Shown: piece after piece, positions 18,226 to 27,542 of the stretch
Position numbering within the stretch: position 1 is the stretch's first letter
Layout of the letters: each line of letters opens with the position of its first letter
Program-made: the position numbers and the translations under genes
Notes under the pieces: model-generated
Database searches by the model: none
What the model was told of the DNA's origin: nothing
Seen by the model: only the letters and a program-made list of their open reading frames with translations
Virus record (IMG/VR): IMGVR_UViG_3300044801_000208
Span: 1-64,000 of that record
Strand: one strand, 5' to 3'
Source: a virus
DNA length: 64,000 bases

Positions 18226-18621
18226 CAGTTCTCCTTAAGTACTCAATCAAGCCGAGTATGCGAGCTTCGTTTTCTTGGAGCATAGCCAGCCCCACGTTGC
18301 ATCCGTTGCACAATAGACCACGGAATCTTCCCGTAGCGTGATCATGCCTATGCGCCAGTTCTTTCTGCGGTTTCCGGGTGTAGTTGATCCGCAGCCGGGG
18401 TTTGCACACTTGCCACTTTGTACCTTGAGCTGTTCTTCAGCCTTCTCAGGGGTCAAGCCGTAGAGCTTCAGCTTTGAGCGCCTATTCTGTTCGGCTCTTC
18501 GCTCTTTGTGAGCAGCGCCCCATCGCGCCGCCTTTGCTAATCTCTTCTTCCGGTGCCTGGCGTAGGACTCCCGTGTCCTTCTATTCTGGCAGGCGCGGCA
18601 CTGCGCGTACCCCTTCTCCAT
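18226..18621 (-). pseudogene. endonuclease VII-family homing endonuclease, frameshifted near 18347
   Basis: YGLT...QSGKCA..C in one frame; HDHATG.FRGLLC..CN.GL in another. Confidence 0.75.
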
Positions 18622-18698
18622 CTTGATGTTGTCACCCGCTACTAAATGCCCGTACTTGCATGTTTTAGGTGTAGGTAGTCTATTTTGTAATCCGCAAC

Positions 18699-19043
18699 CT
18701 ACGGAATTTCAGCGACCTCCGCTATCTGTGAAGTCACTATCGTTTTGCCGTCAACTACGAATTCAAGAAACATCCCGCGCCCCACGAAGTTCATCTTCAG
18801 CATGCTGCCGCCGAAGTTGGACCCAGAGATGATGCACTTGACGGGCGTGGGGCAGTACTTCGCGTTCCCCGATATGTAGAGCAGCTTGTCCTCGCGGCGC
18901 TCGATCGTGTACAGCGTGTTCTTGGTCTGGACCAGCAGCTTCCTCCCGACGGCGAGGTTGTCCAGGAACACGCCCCCGGCCAGCTCGCTCTCCGCGATGG
19001 CGGCATTGACCTCGTCGCTGAGGTTAGGATGCGGCTGGAACAT
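18699..19043 (-). CDS. hypothetical protein
   Basis: 114-aa ORF, RBS GGAGGT. Confidence 0.65.
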   Translation of the reverse strand: MFQPHPNLSDEVNAAIAESELAGGVFLDNLAVGRKLLVQTKNTLYTIERREDKLLYISGNAKYCPTPVKCIISGSNFGGSMLKMNFVGRGMFLEFVVDGKTIVTSQIAEVAEIP

Positions 19044-19293
19044 GGAATACCTCCGCGTCCTCCGCGTCCTCCGGCGTCACGCAGGCCCGGTTGAGCTCGG
19101 AGGCCACGCGCTCCAGCAGGTTGGACTTCTCCGCGATGATGTTCATGATGATGTCGCTGGCGAAGTACTTGTTCTCGCCTGTGCGGTTGGTCTCGATTTC
19201 CGCCCAACGGTACAGGTCGCGGCGGTGCTCCTCAAGCTGCGCTTGCAGCGCCTTGACCTTCTGCTCAAGGTACTCAATGACGTGCCCGCGCAT
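19024..19293 (-). CDS. hypothetical coiled-coil protein
   Basis: MRGHVIEYL... coupled to upstream stop. Confidence 0.55.
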   Translation of the reverse strand: MRGHVIEYLEQKVKALQAQLEEHRRDLYRWAEIETNRTGENKYFASDIIMNIIAEKSNLLERVASELNRACVTPEDAEDAEVFHVPAAS

Positions 19294-20495
19294 CAGAGGT
19301 TCTCCTCCCCGATCGCGTGCTCGTACGCGAGCATGCCGAACTTCTCCTTGTCCAGCTGGAGCGTCTCCGTCACGTTGTCGATGAAGAGGTACACGGCCCC
19401 CTTCATGGCGACGTGCCATTCGAACCAGTAGTCCCTGATGCTCAGGTCCCCACGGTCCTTGGCGTGCTTCTTCATGGCCTTCTTGAACTGCGGCAGGTCG
19501 AACCCGCGCAGCGCGGCCGCCCCCGCGTCGGAGATGTTGGCCTTGTCGTTGATGTCGATCGTGAACAGGTCGGTGCGGCGCTGCTTCTCCACGTCCTTCT
19601 TGGTGATCCAGGAGTCGAGCTCCTGGAAGACCACGGCTGCGGACGCCACGGTCGCGCCGTCCACCAGGTTCATCAGGGTGAACGCCGTGCTCACGCTGGC
19701 CTCGCTGGACGGCTCGGACGCGACGAACAGGCGCACCTTGGCGGGCGTCGTCAGCCCGGCCCACTTCCCGGTGTCCAGCTCGGACATGGCGAAGTAGCCG
19801 GAGACGATGCTCTCCAGCATCTTGTCCTCCAGCTTCTCTATCTCGTCGCCCCTGAAGCGGCGCAGGTCGTCGGCCCTGGACTGCATCTGGGCGTGGAACT
19901 TGTTCTTCCCGTTGACCTCGTTGAGGAACTTGGTCGGCCAGTCGTAGCCGCCGAACTGCCAGGAGAGGTTGTACACCTCGGCCCCGAGCGCCTGGAGCTT
20001 GGCCCTCAGCTCGCCGATGTGCTCCTCCTTGGTCGTGAGCGCGAAGACGCGCTCCGCGTTGAAGTCCACGAGCACGGGGAACTGCTTGCGGGAGGCGACG
20101 GCGGAGGCCTCCACGCGCTCGTCCACCAGCTTCTTCTCGTCCTTGGTCAGGAACTTGAACGGCTTCTCGGAGAGCTCGTACGCGAGGCTCTCCTGCTTGG
20201 ACTTGGGGTCCGTCACGTCCTCGTGGTCGTTGAGGCAGAACCACAGCCCGTAGACGCCCTCGCCGAGCCTGAAGTCCGCGCTGGTGACCTCCAGCCCGGC
20301 CGTGATGGCCGTGTCCTTCTCGTCCAGGCGCGGGTTGCCGAACGGGTTGATGCCCGAGGTCGGTACGCCGTCCTGGAGCGCCTGCGCCACCGCGCTCGCC
20401 TGGCTCACGCCGACGAAGCTGTCCAGCGCGGCGGACACCGACGACTCTGTGTCCTTCTTGATCCCGAACACCGCCCACGAGCCTCTTCCGAACAT
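19293..20495 (-). CDS. hypothetical protein, possibly RdgC-like
   Basis: 400-aa ORF with strong coding bias; segment KDEKKLVDERV...VLVD....VF resembles RdgC only weakly. Confidence 0.5.
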   Translation of the reverse strand: MFGRGSWAVFGIKKDTESSVSAALDSFVGVSQASAVAQALQDGVPTSGINPFGNPRLDEKDTAITAGLEVTSADFRLGEGVYGLWFCLNDHEDVTDPKSKQESLAYELSEKPFKFLTKDEKKLVDERVEASAVASRKQFPVLVDFNAERVFALTTKEEHIGELRAKLQALGAEVYNLSWQFGGYDWPTKFLNEVNGKNKFHAQMQSRADDLRRFRGDEIEKLEDKMLESIVSGYFAMSELDTGKWAGLTTPAKVRLFVASEPSSEASVSTAFTLMNLVDGATVASAAVVFQELDSWITKKDVEKQRRTDLFTIDINDKANISDAGAAALRGFDLPQFKKAMKKHAKDRGDLSIRDYWFEWHVAMKGAVYLFIDNVTETLQLDKEKFGMLAYEHAIGEENL

Positions 20496-20842
20496 TAGTT
20501 CTCCTCGTCCAGCACTTGCTTGGTGAGCGTCATGCCCGTAGTGGCGATCTCCTCGCCCTTCTTGGCCAGGGCCTCAAGGAGCCTGGTGCGCAGGAAGTAC
20601 GCCTCGCTGACCACGTCCTCCCCGACACCTACGACAGCGATGTGGGTCTTGACGGGGTTGCCCTGCTCCGAGACCTCGTTCAGGTCGATGAACCAGCCCG
20701 AGACCTTCATGATGTACTCGTCCATGAGCTGGTCAATCGTGGCTGTCGCCGCGAGCTCCTCGGTGAGCTCGGCGTCGCCCTCTAGCGTGGCGTCAGTAGT
20801 GTCGTGAAGCACTGGGGGTAGGTCTTCGTACGTGTCTGCCAT
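20495..20842 (-). CDS. acidic hypothetical protein
   Basis: Coupled ORF. Confidence 0.6.
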   Translation of the reverse strand: MADTYEDLPPVLHDTTDATLEGDAELTEELAATATIDQLMDEYIMKVSGWFIDLNEVSEQGNPVKTHIAVVGVGEDVVSEAYFLRTRLLEALAKKGEEIATTGMTLTKQVLDEEN

Positions 20843-20844
20843 GG

Positions 20845-21135
20845 TTAGCCTGCCTTCTTGATGAGTTCCTGCGGCGTCGCAGCCTTGTCGGCTGACGTCA
20901 CCTTGCCCTTGTGTGGCCCGGCGGGCTGCCGCTCCTCGCCCTCAAGGTGCCACGTCGCCTCCTCCGCCTGCTCGTCCTCGGGGCGGATGAGCGCCTCGAC
21001 CTTCTCAGCGCAGTCGCGGTAGTACTTAATGCCCGCCTGCTGGTCGGGGGTGAGTTGGCCCGCGATGTCGCCGCGTGCGGCGATGGCGTTGGCCTGCCTG
21101 TGGTACTTGGTCGCTACTTCTCTGAGTCCGTTCAT
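20845..21135 (-). CDS. hypothetical protein
   Basis: MNGLREV... in the minus-strand operon. Confidence 0.55.
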   Translation of the reverse strand: MNGLREVATKYHRQANAIAARGDIAGQLTPDQQAGIKYYRDCAEKVEALIRPEDEQAEEATWHLEGEERQPAGPHKGKVTSADKAATPQELIKKAG

Positions 21136-21280
21136 CCGAACACCTTCTTCATCAGGTTGTCTATGGCCTTCTGTCGCCTTCGGCGCTGCCACTTCCTCGG
21201 GGTCGCTCTCCCGGAGCTCGCGGTCCCTGGACTGCTTGAGTTGCGATGAGCACTGGAGGCATGGTTTTCCTTTTTCCTTT

Positions 21281-21769
21281 TTAAGCGAGTTTTTCCGAGA
21301 GAAAATCCCTCACGGTCTTGTCTATTCTGTCCCTGAGCTCGGTGCTGTGCAGGAGCAGGAAGGCCTTGGTCTGCTCGGTGCCGAAGTCCCCGCCCTTGGC
21401 TTTGGTGACCAGCCTACCGAGCAGGCGGAGCCTCTGGGTCGGGTACTCCACGCGGACGCCGTCGTACGGCAGCGCCTTCGGCGATCCGCCCTTGGGGAAG
21501 CCCGCCGCGTCGCGCACGGCCGTCCAGAGCTCGCCTGCGTCGTAGGGTATCTGCCTCATCCCGTCTTCGAACTCGTCCCCGAACTCAGTGCGGTGCAGGG
21601 GGCGGTCCGGCGTCCAGTGCGCGGCGTAGTACAGGTCGCGCACGGCGTCCCTCAGGTTCGTGAACTGCTGCTTTGCGGCCTCATAGGCTTCGTTGGGGAC
21701 GACCAGTTTCTTGTCGTGCTTGGCCATGTAGCCGCGCTGCGTCAGCTCGAACGATTCTTTTGCCTTCAT
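21281..21769 (-). CDS. hypothetical protein
   Basis: MKAKESF... after CAGTATTA motif and GAGGG RBS. Confidence 0.6.
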   Translation of the reverse strand: MKAKESFELTQRGYMAKHDKKLVVPNEAYEAAKQQFTNLRDAVRDLYYAAHWTPDRPLHRTEFGDEFEDGMRQIPYDAGELWTAVRDAAGFPKGGSPKALPYDGVRVEYPTQRLRLLGRLVTKAKGGDFGTEQTKAFLLLHSTELRDRIDKTVRDFLSEKLA

Positions 21770-21785
21770 ATTCCCTCTAATACTG

Positions 21786-22015
21786 TCATTTGCCCACCAG
21801 CTCCCCGTCTGGCTCGGGCTCGGGGGCGAGCGGGTCGTCGTCAAAACCCCAGTGCCGCCAGTCACCCGAGATATGGTCGTCCTTCGGGACGTGGGCGAAC
21901 CAGCAGCAGAAGGCCGCCGTCGTCCCCGCTTAGTAAGACCGACCCGTTGCAGCACGGTCAGTCTGCCAAATCTCTGCCCGGTCAGATTGAGTGCGTTATC
22001 TGCTTGATTTTTCAA
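21786..22015 (-). pseudogene. HNH endonuclease N-terminal fragment joined to the tail of another gene
   Basis: NLTGQRFGRLTV then loss of similarity near 21910. Confidence 0.55.
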
Positions 22016-22364
22016 GGTATTTATTGCTGACCAGTTTCAAAACCACCCTTCCCAGTTTCCAATGCTTTCGTTCTTTCAAAGGTTTTATGACAATACCTTC
22101 TCTTACATGGTTGGCCCCCTTGACGAGGGACTGCCCGTCAGCGAGGGCCTGGAGCTTCTCGAAATCGAACGGCATGACCCCTAGCGACGGGGCGCGGCGC
22201 TCCTCCGGCAGGGCCGCGACGAACTCCTCGGCGTCCATGTACTCTGGCCCCCTGAGGATGTCGAAGGCGCGGAAGAAGAGCTGCCCCTGCTTGGCCCCGT
22301 ACTTGAGGGGCTGGACCCAGCCGAACACCTCGCCGTACAGGACGTGCTCGGGGTTCGTGATCAT
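21996..22364 (-). pseudogene. RNA ligase (Rnl2/DRB0094-like) C-terminal portion
   Basis: VLYGEVFG..Q.LKYG, FRAFDI, REGIVIKP, LKLVS..YL; motif I (KxxG) absent. Confidence 0.75.
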
Positions 22365-22729
22365 ACAGGTCGGTTGGTGTCGTCAGCGTGCAGCTTCCAT
22401 GCGATCGCGTCGAAGTCCATCAGGTAGAAGTCGTCCGGCCTCGGGCGCTTGTCGTCCACGTCCATGAGCCTGCGCCACCGCTTCCTCTCGTCCGTCAGGT
22501 GACAACGCTTGGGCTTCTCGCCGTTGACCTTGATGCCCGGCTGGAAGTTCCCGTCGCCGTCCGCGAAGAACGCGGTCCACCGCGACACCCCCGCGCTCCC
22601 GAGGTAGTTCCACAGCGCGAACAGGTCCTCCAGGGCCAAGGCCTGCGCCTCGGTCAGGGTCTCGAACTCCACCGTCAACTTCCTATACTCCGCCTGTGCC
22701 GTCCTGGTATCCGTCCTTTTCCTCGTCAC
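22361..22729 (-). CDS. hypothetical protein
   Basis: LG..G.SRW..F.ADGDGNF.P, a motif typical of phage proteins. Confidence 0.65.
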   Translation of the reverse strand: MTRKRTDTRTAQAEYRKLTVEFETLTEAQALALEDLFALWNYLGSAGVSRWTAFFADGDGNFQPGIKVNGEKPKRCHLTDERKRWRRLMDVDDKRPRPDDFYLMDFDAIAWKLHADDTNRPV

Positions 22730-23030
22730 CCTCGCCTTCCAGCTCTTCCTGTATGTACCGCTGCTCCGCCGCGATCATCCTCTTGAGGTTCTGCCTCACC
22801 CGCAGCTGGTATTCGCGCACGAAGTTGTCGTAGACCTCTGGCTGCTGGAACCTGTGGCGGTACAGCGTGGTCCACTTGTCCATGTACGCCTCGACCGCGA
22901 AGTCCGCCTCGTGCATCACGATTTCGATAGCGATCGGGTCGGTGGGGTTGAACTTCTGGTCGAAGACGGGCTTCTCCTCGTCCGCCCGGCACAGCTTGGT
23001 CAGCTCGAGGATCAACTCTACGTCGCTCAC
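22683..23030 (-). CDS. hypothetical protein
   Basis: ORF after CGGTATTA motif. Confidence 0.6.
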   Translation of the reverse strand: MSDVELILELTKLCRADEEKPVFDQKFNPTDPIAIEIVMHEADFAVEAYMDKWTTLYRHRFQQPEVYDNFVREYQLRVRQNLKRMIAAEQRYIQEELEGEGDEEKDGYQDGTGGV

Positions 23031-23084
23031 ACGGAGTAATACCGTGGGCGTGGCGGAAAGGCTGATTTTGGAGGGAAATCAGGG

Positions 23085-23420
23085 CTACTTGTGCATCTGC
23101 TCGTACAGCTCTATGTGGCACGCGCCGAGGTCCTTCTGCGCTCCGCTCATGGTCTCGAGCTGCTTCACCAGCTCAGTCCGTTGTTTGCCGATCACGCTGT
23201 CCTGGTAGAACACAGTCATCGCCAGGATCGCCGCCGCCAGCCCCAGCAGCAACGACGCTTTTCGATCTGTCACGTTGCTCCACCTTCTCGACGATGTTCT
23301 CGTCGACGGTCTTCTTCTGCTTGTCGAACGCGGTCTGGTCTGAGAGGTTATCGCCACGATCTTGACTATTTCCTGACTTGCGCGGAACGACCCTCCTACG
23401 TTTTCCCTATAAATCCTCAA
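23085..23420 (-). CDS. hypothetical membrane protein (start uncertain, possibly GTG 23273)
   Basis: TM segment + short coiled coil. Confidence 0.4.
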   Translation of the reverse strand: MRIYRENVGGSFRASQEIVKIVAITSQTRPRSTSRRRPSTRTSSRRWSNVTDRKASLLLGLAAAILAMTVFYQDSVIGKQRTELVKQLETMSGAQKDLGACHIELYEQMHK

Positions 23421-23473
23421 GAATTTCTATAATGGTCATAAACCCATCTTGACGTCGAAACCCGACAAATGTC

Positions 23474-23890
23474 TTATTTTCCGTCTTTTTTTGCAACTTT
23501 ATGCTTCTCCACGCCAGCAACAACTTTTTCATCCGGTTGTTGCTCTTCAAAAGCCCCCAGCACCCAGAGGAAGACGGTCACGTCCCGGTACTCGCGCAGG
23601 AGCACCTCGGGGTTCCTCAGCTGGTCCGCAAACTGCTGGGCCAGTTCTTCCTTGGTGAACAGGGGCACGAAGCCGGGCTCCCGGGCGCACTGCTCTGGGT
23701 TGCGGCTGCCGCAGTTACCACATCCTACCACTTTGTGGCCAACCATGGAAGCCCCCTTGCAGTTTAGCGGGCATGGCCTCAGGTTCCGCTGGAGGAAGCG
23801 GCGGCGGTGCCTATGGATCGTCTCCCTGGCGGCCGCGATGATCTCCTCCAGGGCCTTGAGCCTGACCTTACTGAGGAGCGGGTCTTTCAT
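23474..23890 (-). CDS. Cys-rich hypothetical protein
   Basis: CP.NC...C..C....C; coupled start. Confidence 0.6.
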   Translation of the reverse strand: MKDPLLSKVRLKALEEIIAAARETIHRHRRRFLQRNLRPCPLNCKGASMVGHKVVGCGNCGSRNPEQCAREPGFVPLFTKEELAQQFADQLRNPEVLLREYRDVTVFLWVLGAFEEQQPDEKVVAGVEKHKVAKKDGK

Positions 23891-24432
23891 AGAAGACCCC
23901 GTTTTTGGCACTCGTCCAACAGCTCCTCAGGGGACCATTGGTCCAGTCTCAGCCGCCTTCGCTGATTAGAAGCCTGCTCTATTTTCGTTGCCCAGCGTAC
24001 GTTGCCGGACTCATAGTTTCCGTCATTGTTGGGAAAACGATCAACGGAATGCTGCGGAGACGGCCGCGGACCAAGTTCGGCGTACCACTGCTCAAAAGAA
24101 GCAAACAGGAGCTTGATGCCGCGTCCGCCGTAATTTTTGAACCCAGCGTCGTTGGGGTTTGTGCAACGCTGCTTGGCCGTCTGAAAAGCGTCGTACTCAG
24201 GAGTATGCCCGGTTCTGCGGGCCGCGCCGTGCCTAGTCACCCGTTTTAGGAGATAACAACCACAGCTCGTAGTGTGGCCGTTTCGCAGGTTACTACCATA
24301 GGTGACGGTCTTACTCCCGCAGGCGCACGTGCACTCCCACAGCGCATGACCGCCTTTAGCCTGCCCGTAAAATCGGGTTACGGTGAGAAGTCCGTAGGTG
24401 TTTCCGAGTTCCTGTTTGACGGGAGTTCCCAT
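23887..24432 (-). CDS. HNH homing endonuclease
   Basis: W.C.C.CG, TTSCGC, RC.NP....NYGGRGI, SVDR..NNDGNY...NVRWAT. Confidence 0.9.
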   Translation of the reverse strand: MGTPVKQELGNTYGLLTVTRFYGQAKGGHALWECTCACGSKTVTYGSNLRNGHTTSCGCYLLKRVTRHGAARRTGHTPEYDAFQTAKQRCTNPNDAGFKNYGGRGIKLLFASFEQWYAELGPRPSPQHSVDRFPNNDGNYESGNVRWATKIEQASNQRRRLRLDQWSPEELLDECQKRGLL

Positions 24433-25088
24433 AAGGGGTCTCGTTTCACTAATTTTGGTCCGCCTTCTGACGGGACTACTTCGTACACTATGTCCGCGCT
24501 GTCCGTGATTAGCGGCTGGTGAGAAATAACGAAAATTGTAAACCCAAGATTCACAAGAACCTTGAGCATCTGGGAGATTTTATGCTGGTACTCGGGGGAC
24601 ACGTTAGAAAACTGCTCATCTAATACCAACACTTTTGCCAAATGAAACCTTTTTACGAGGATGACGCGGAGCAGGAACGCGGCCACGTTCTGGACGCCGC
24701 CGCCGAAGGAGTCCATGGGGTTGCCGACGGTCCTGCCCTTGCGGACCAGGATGCGGTAGCTGTTGCCGCGCTTGGTCTCGTTCTTCTCTACGACCAGGCC
24801 GTACCTGTCGTTGCCGAACACGCGGCGGAGGCCGTCCGAGACGAGGTCCTCGATCTTGCCAATTCCGTTGGAACTGACGATTTGAATACATCTGTCTAGT
24901 GTGCCTACAGCCTTTACAAGGGAGCCTTTCTCTTCTTCGAGCGCAGTAATTCTAGCCTTTAGACGCACGATTTGTCCACGTTCATAATCGACCTGACTAC
25001 AGATGCGGTCGACTGTAGAATGGACGGCGGAGATACGATTAGACAGAACGGCGTCCATCAACTGTAGCTCCTCTTCTAATTTAGGCAT
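24378..25088 (-). CDS. SbcC/Rad50-like ABC ATPase C-terminal half
   Basis: Coiled coil, then SFGGG signature, Walker B LVLDE, H-loop ISH; no Walker A. Confidence 0.75.
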   Translation of the reverse strand: MPKLEEELQLMDAVLSNRISAVHSTVDRICSQVDYERGQIVRLKARITALEEEKGSLVKAVGTLDRCIQIVSSNGIGKIEDLVSDGLRRVFGNDRYGLVVEKNETKRGNSYRILVRKGRTVGNPMDSFGGGVQNVAAFLLRVILVKRFHLAKVLVLDEQFSNVSPEYQHKISQMLKVLVNLGFTIFVISHQPLITDSADIVYEVVPSEGGPKLVKRDPLWELPSNRNSETPTDFSP

Positions 25089-25320
25089 TAGTCTCTTTGA
25101 AAGAAACGACCTCGTAGCTGCCGCCGATCGCCAGGCTGATGTTCAGGTCGACCAGGACGCCGCCCTCCGCGTGGAGCTTGTCCAGGTATTGGGCGAGGTT
25201 GTTCTTGTTCACGTTCTCGACGGCGTGCTTGCGGACCTTCGCGGGGCGGCTGCGCGTGCCCTTCTGCTTCGTGGTGCTTGCCTCTAGCGGCTGGCCGCTC
25301 CCTGCTTCATCCATGCTCAT
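25081..25320 (-). CDS. hypothetical protein
   Basis: ORF after CGGTATTA motif. Confidence 0.55.
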   Translation of the reverse strand: MSMDEAGSGQPLEASTTKQKGTRSRPAKVRKHAVENVNKNNLAQYLDKLHAEGGVLVDLNISLAIGGSYEVVSFKETNA

Positions 25321-25426
25321 AGTGGAACCTCAGGGGATAATACCGCGCACAAGGAAAAACGCCCGCTTTTGAAATTGCAACCTAGTTTTAGGCCTTTGTT
25401 GGGACGACCTCAAAGTGCTTGAGGGG

Positions 25427-25457
25427 GTCCTCGCCTACCTCAAAGGTAGGCGAGGAC
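25427..25457. repeat. perfect 14-bp hairpin
   Basis: GTCCTCGCCTACCT-CAA-AGGTAGGCGAGGAC, intergenic. Confidence 0.8.
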
Positions 25458-25579
25458 GTAGGAAAGAGGCGGGGGTCTAGTTCTTGCGGTCGCCTGAGGC
25501 GGCCTTCTTGGCCTTGTACTCCTTGGCCATGTCCATGTCCGCCGTGACGGGGTCGGGGCAGCGGAACCAGTACTCCATG

Positions 25580-25927
25580 CTACTTTGATGCCGCCGGGGC
25601 GGACGCCGACAGGATTTCTTCGAGCGTCTCGCGGATGTCGGTCTCTACGGAGGAAGCCCACCCGGTGAACTGCTTGAACAGTTCGCCGTGCACGAAGATG
25701 CTGAAGTTCGGGATGCCGCGCACGCCGTAGGCCAGAGCGTTCTTGGACCCCGTGTCGACGTCGAGCTTGGCCACCTTGACCCTGGGGAAGAACTCCTGCG
25801 AAATCTTCTCTATGGAGGGTGCCGCCGCCCTGCACGGGCCGCACCAGTTGGCGTAGAAGTCCACCAGGACGGGGACGTCTGACTTCAGCACCTCTTGCTC
25901 GAACGTCTGGTCCGTTACCTCGGTCAT
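25580..25927 (-). CDS. trxA: thioredoxin
   Basis: PVLVDFYANWCGPC; YGVRGIP. Confidence 0.95.
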   Translation of the reverse strand: MTEVTDQTFEQEVLKSDVPVLVDFYANWCGPCRAAAPSIEKISQEFFPRVKVAKLDVDTGSKNALAYGVRGIPNFSIFVHGELFKQFTGWASSVETDIRETLEEILSASAPAASK

Positions 25928-26505
25928 CTCACAAACCTCCTCTTGCCGTCTACAATCACCAGTCTTGTCCCTAACCGTGATCGTCTGACTTTGTCTCCAA
26001 AACCTACAGGCTTAGCCTTGCCCTTTAACGCTTTAGAAATGTTTTTCCGACGTTTTTCTTCGTCAAAATCGCCCATGTTTGACGGACGTTTGCCTTTCAG
26101 AGATTCGCTTTTTCGTCTGCGGCTCTCCGCAGGCCATTTCTTTCCCTTAGCCGGGCTAGGCTTGCCTTTCCGCGCTGCTCTGAGTTTAGCACGGACGGCC
26201 TCAGTTGGCACGCATCCGTCGCCGCCGAACGTGAGGTTGCAGCCGTGTCCGGGCTCGTTGGCCCTGTAACGTCGGATAAAATACGCCTCCATCCTATCTA
26301 ACTCTTCGGGTGAAGAAGCGTACGAGACGACGCAGTGTTCGAAGTTCTTTTCACCGTGCTTCCGCAGGGCGTTGTGGAAGTAGTTCTTGTCCCTGTAACG
26401 GGCCATCGCGAGATGTTCGTTGTGCCTTTTCTTCAGGGAGAAAGCTGTCTTGCCGACGTATACTTTATTGTCGAGGCGGTTGCGGTAGATGTAGACCAGG
26501 CTCAA
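25924..26505 (-). CDS. GIY-YIG homing endonuclease with NUMOD3-like repeats
   Basis: VYIYRN...KVYVGKT...R..EH; NLT.GGDG; basic C-terminal repeats. Confidence 0.85.
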   Translation of the reverse strand: MSLVYIYRNRLDNKVYVGKTAFSLKKRHNEHLAMARYRDKNYFHNALRKHGEKNFEHCVVSYASSPEELDRMEAYFIRRYRANEPGHGCNLTFGGDGCVPTEAVRAKLRAARKGKPSPAKGKKWPAESRRRKSESLKGKRPSNMGDFDEEKRRKNISKALKGKAKPVGFGDKVRRSRLGTRLVIVDGKRRFVR

Positions 26506-27515
26506 AATGACCTAAATGATACCTCGAACGTCCCGCGCCGCAGCCTCATGAGCGAGGTCGGCCCGGTTCCGCTCGACATGTTCTCCAGTATAGCATAGTC
26601 GTCCGTGGCCTGGGAGAGGGCGTCCACGACGGCCTTGGCGGTCTTGGCCTGGAGCCCGAACCTGCCCCACTCGCCCGTCTCGCCGAGGGACGTGCGGTTG
26701 TCGCCGAAGCTGCCCTTGGCGATGACGCCGAGCTTCGGGTCCACGTCCACCCTGTCCGTGTCGTCCAGCAGGCCGACGGCGGAGGACAGGCCCGTGATCA
26801 GGCGCTCCGCCGGGAGCTGCGTGACCTCCACTCCCTGCGTGTTGTACGTGTCGAAGAGCTGCCTGCCGAGGGTGTGCCCCTTCGTGTAGGTGACCATGTC
26901 GCCGAACACCGCGCCCCAGTATCCGTTCGCCGTGAGGACGAGCTCGTCCACGTCCTGGGTGCAGACCATGCGGAGGAACGGCTCGCGCGGGCTGAGGTTC
27001 TTCGGCAGGGCGGCGAGGTGCTCGCCCCCCCACATGATGATGGCGCTCCTGTCCGTGACGAGCATGAGCTTGCCCGCCGCGACGACGGGAGGGCTGGCCA
27101 GCTTGAACGGCTTGATGTCGATCCCGGAGAAGGTCTGCGCGTTGGCCGTGACCTGCCTCGGCCCGATGTCGTGGTGCTTGACGCCCGCCTGGCCCTCGGC
27201 GACGGTGTGCACGTGCGCGGTCGTGTCGTACCCGACGCTGACGCCGTGCAGGCGCAGGATGCCGCGCTCGTTGAGGCTGAGCTCGATGCTCTCCTCGTGG
27301 ATGCTCTTGAGGACGTCGGTGAAGTGGCTGAGGGAGACGTAGGTGGTCGGGAAGAGGCCGTAGTCCTTGGACTGGACCACGCCGTCGTTGTTGGAGCGGT
27401 AGAAGAGGGGCTTCTGGCCCTCGACGAGCTGCACGCCGATGTAGGGCGCGCCCTTGGTGTCGAAGGCGGCCAGCTGTTTTAGCGGAAGCAGGAGATCGCG
27501 CTTGACTACAAGCAT
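26502..27515 (-). CDS. putative sliding clamp (DNA pol III beta-like)
   Basis: 337 aa; N-terminus MLVVKRDLLLPLKQLAA resembles DnaN; dnaX is in the same region; similarity weak. Confidence 0.45.
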   Translation of the reverse strand: MLVVKRDLLLPLKQLAAFDTKGAPYIGVQLVEGQKPLFYRSNNDGVVQSKDYGLFPTTYVSLSHFTDVLKSIHEESIELSLNERGILRLHGVSVGYDTTAHVHTVAEGQAGVKHHDIGPRQVTANAQTFSGIDIKPFKLASPPVVAAGKLMLVTDRSAIIMWGGEHLAALPKNLSPREPFLRMVCTQDVDELVLTANGYWGAVFGDMVTYTKGHTLGRQLFDTYNTQGVEVTQLPAERLITGLSSAVGLLDDTDRVDVDPKLGVIAKGSFGDNRTSLGETGEWGRFGLQAKTAKAVVDALSQATDDYAILENMSSGTGPTSLMRLRRGTFEVSFRSF

Positions 27516-27542
27516 CGGTTCCCCCTGTAGAGCAAAGCCTTG

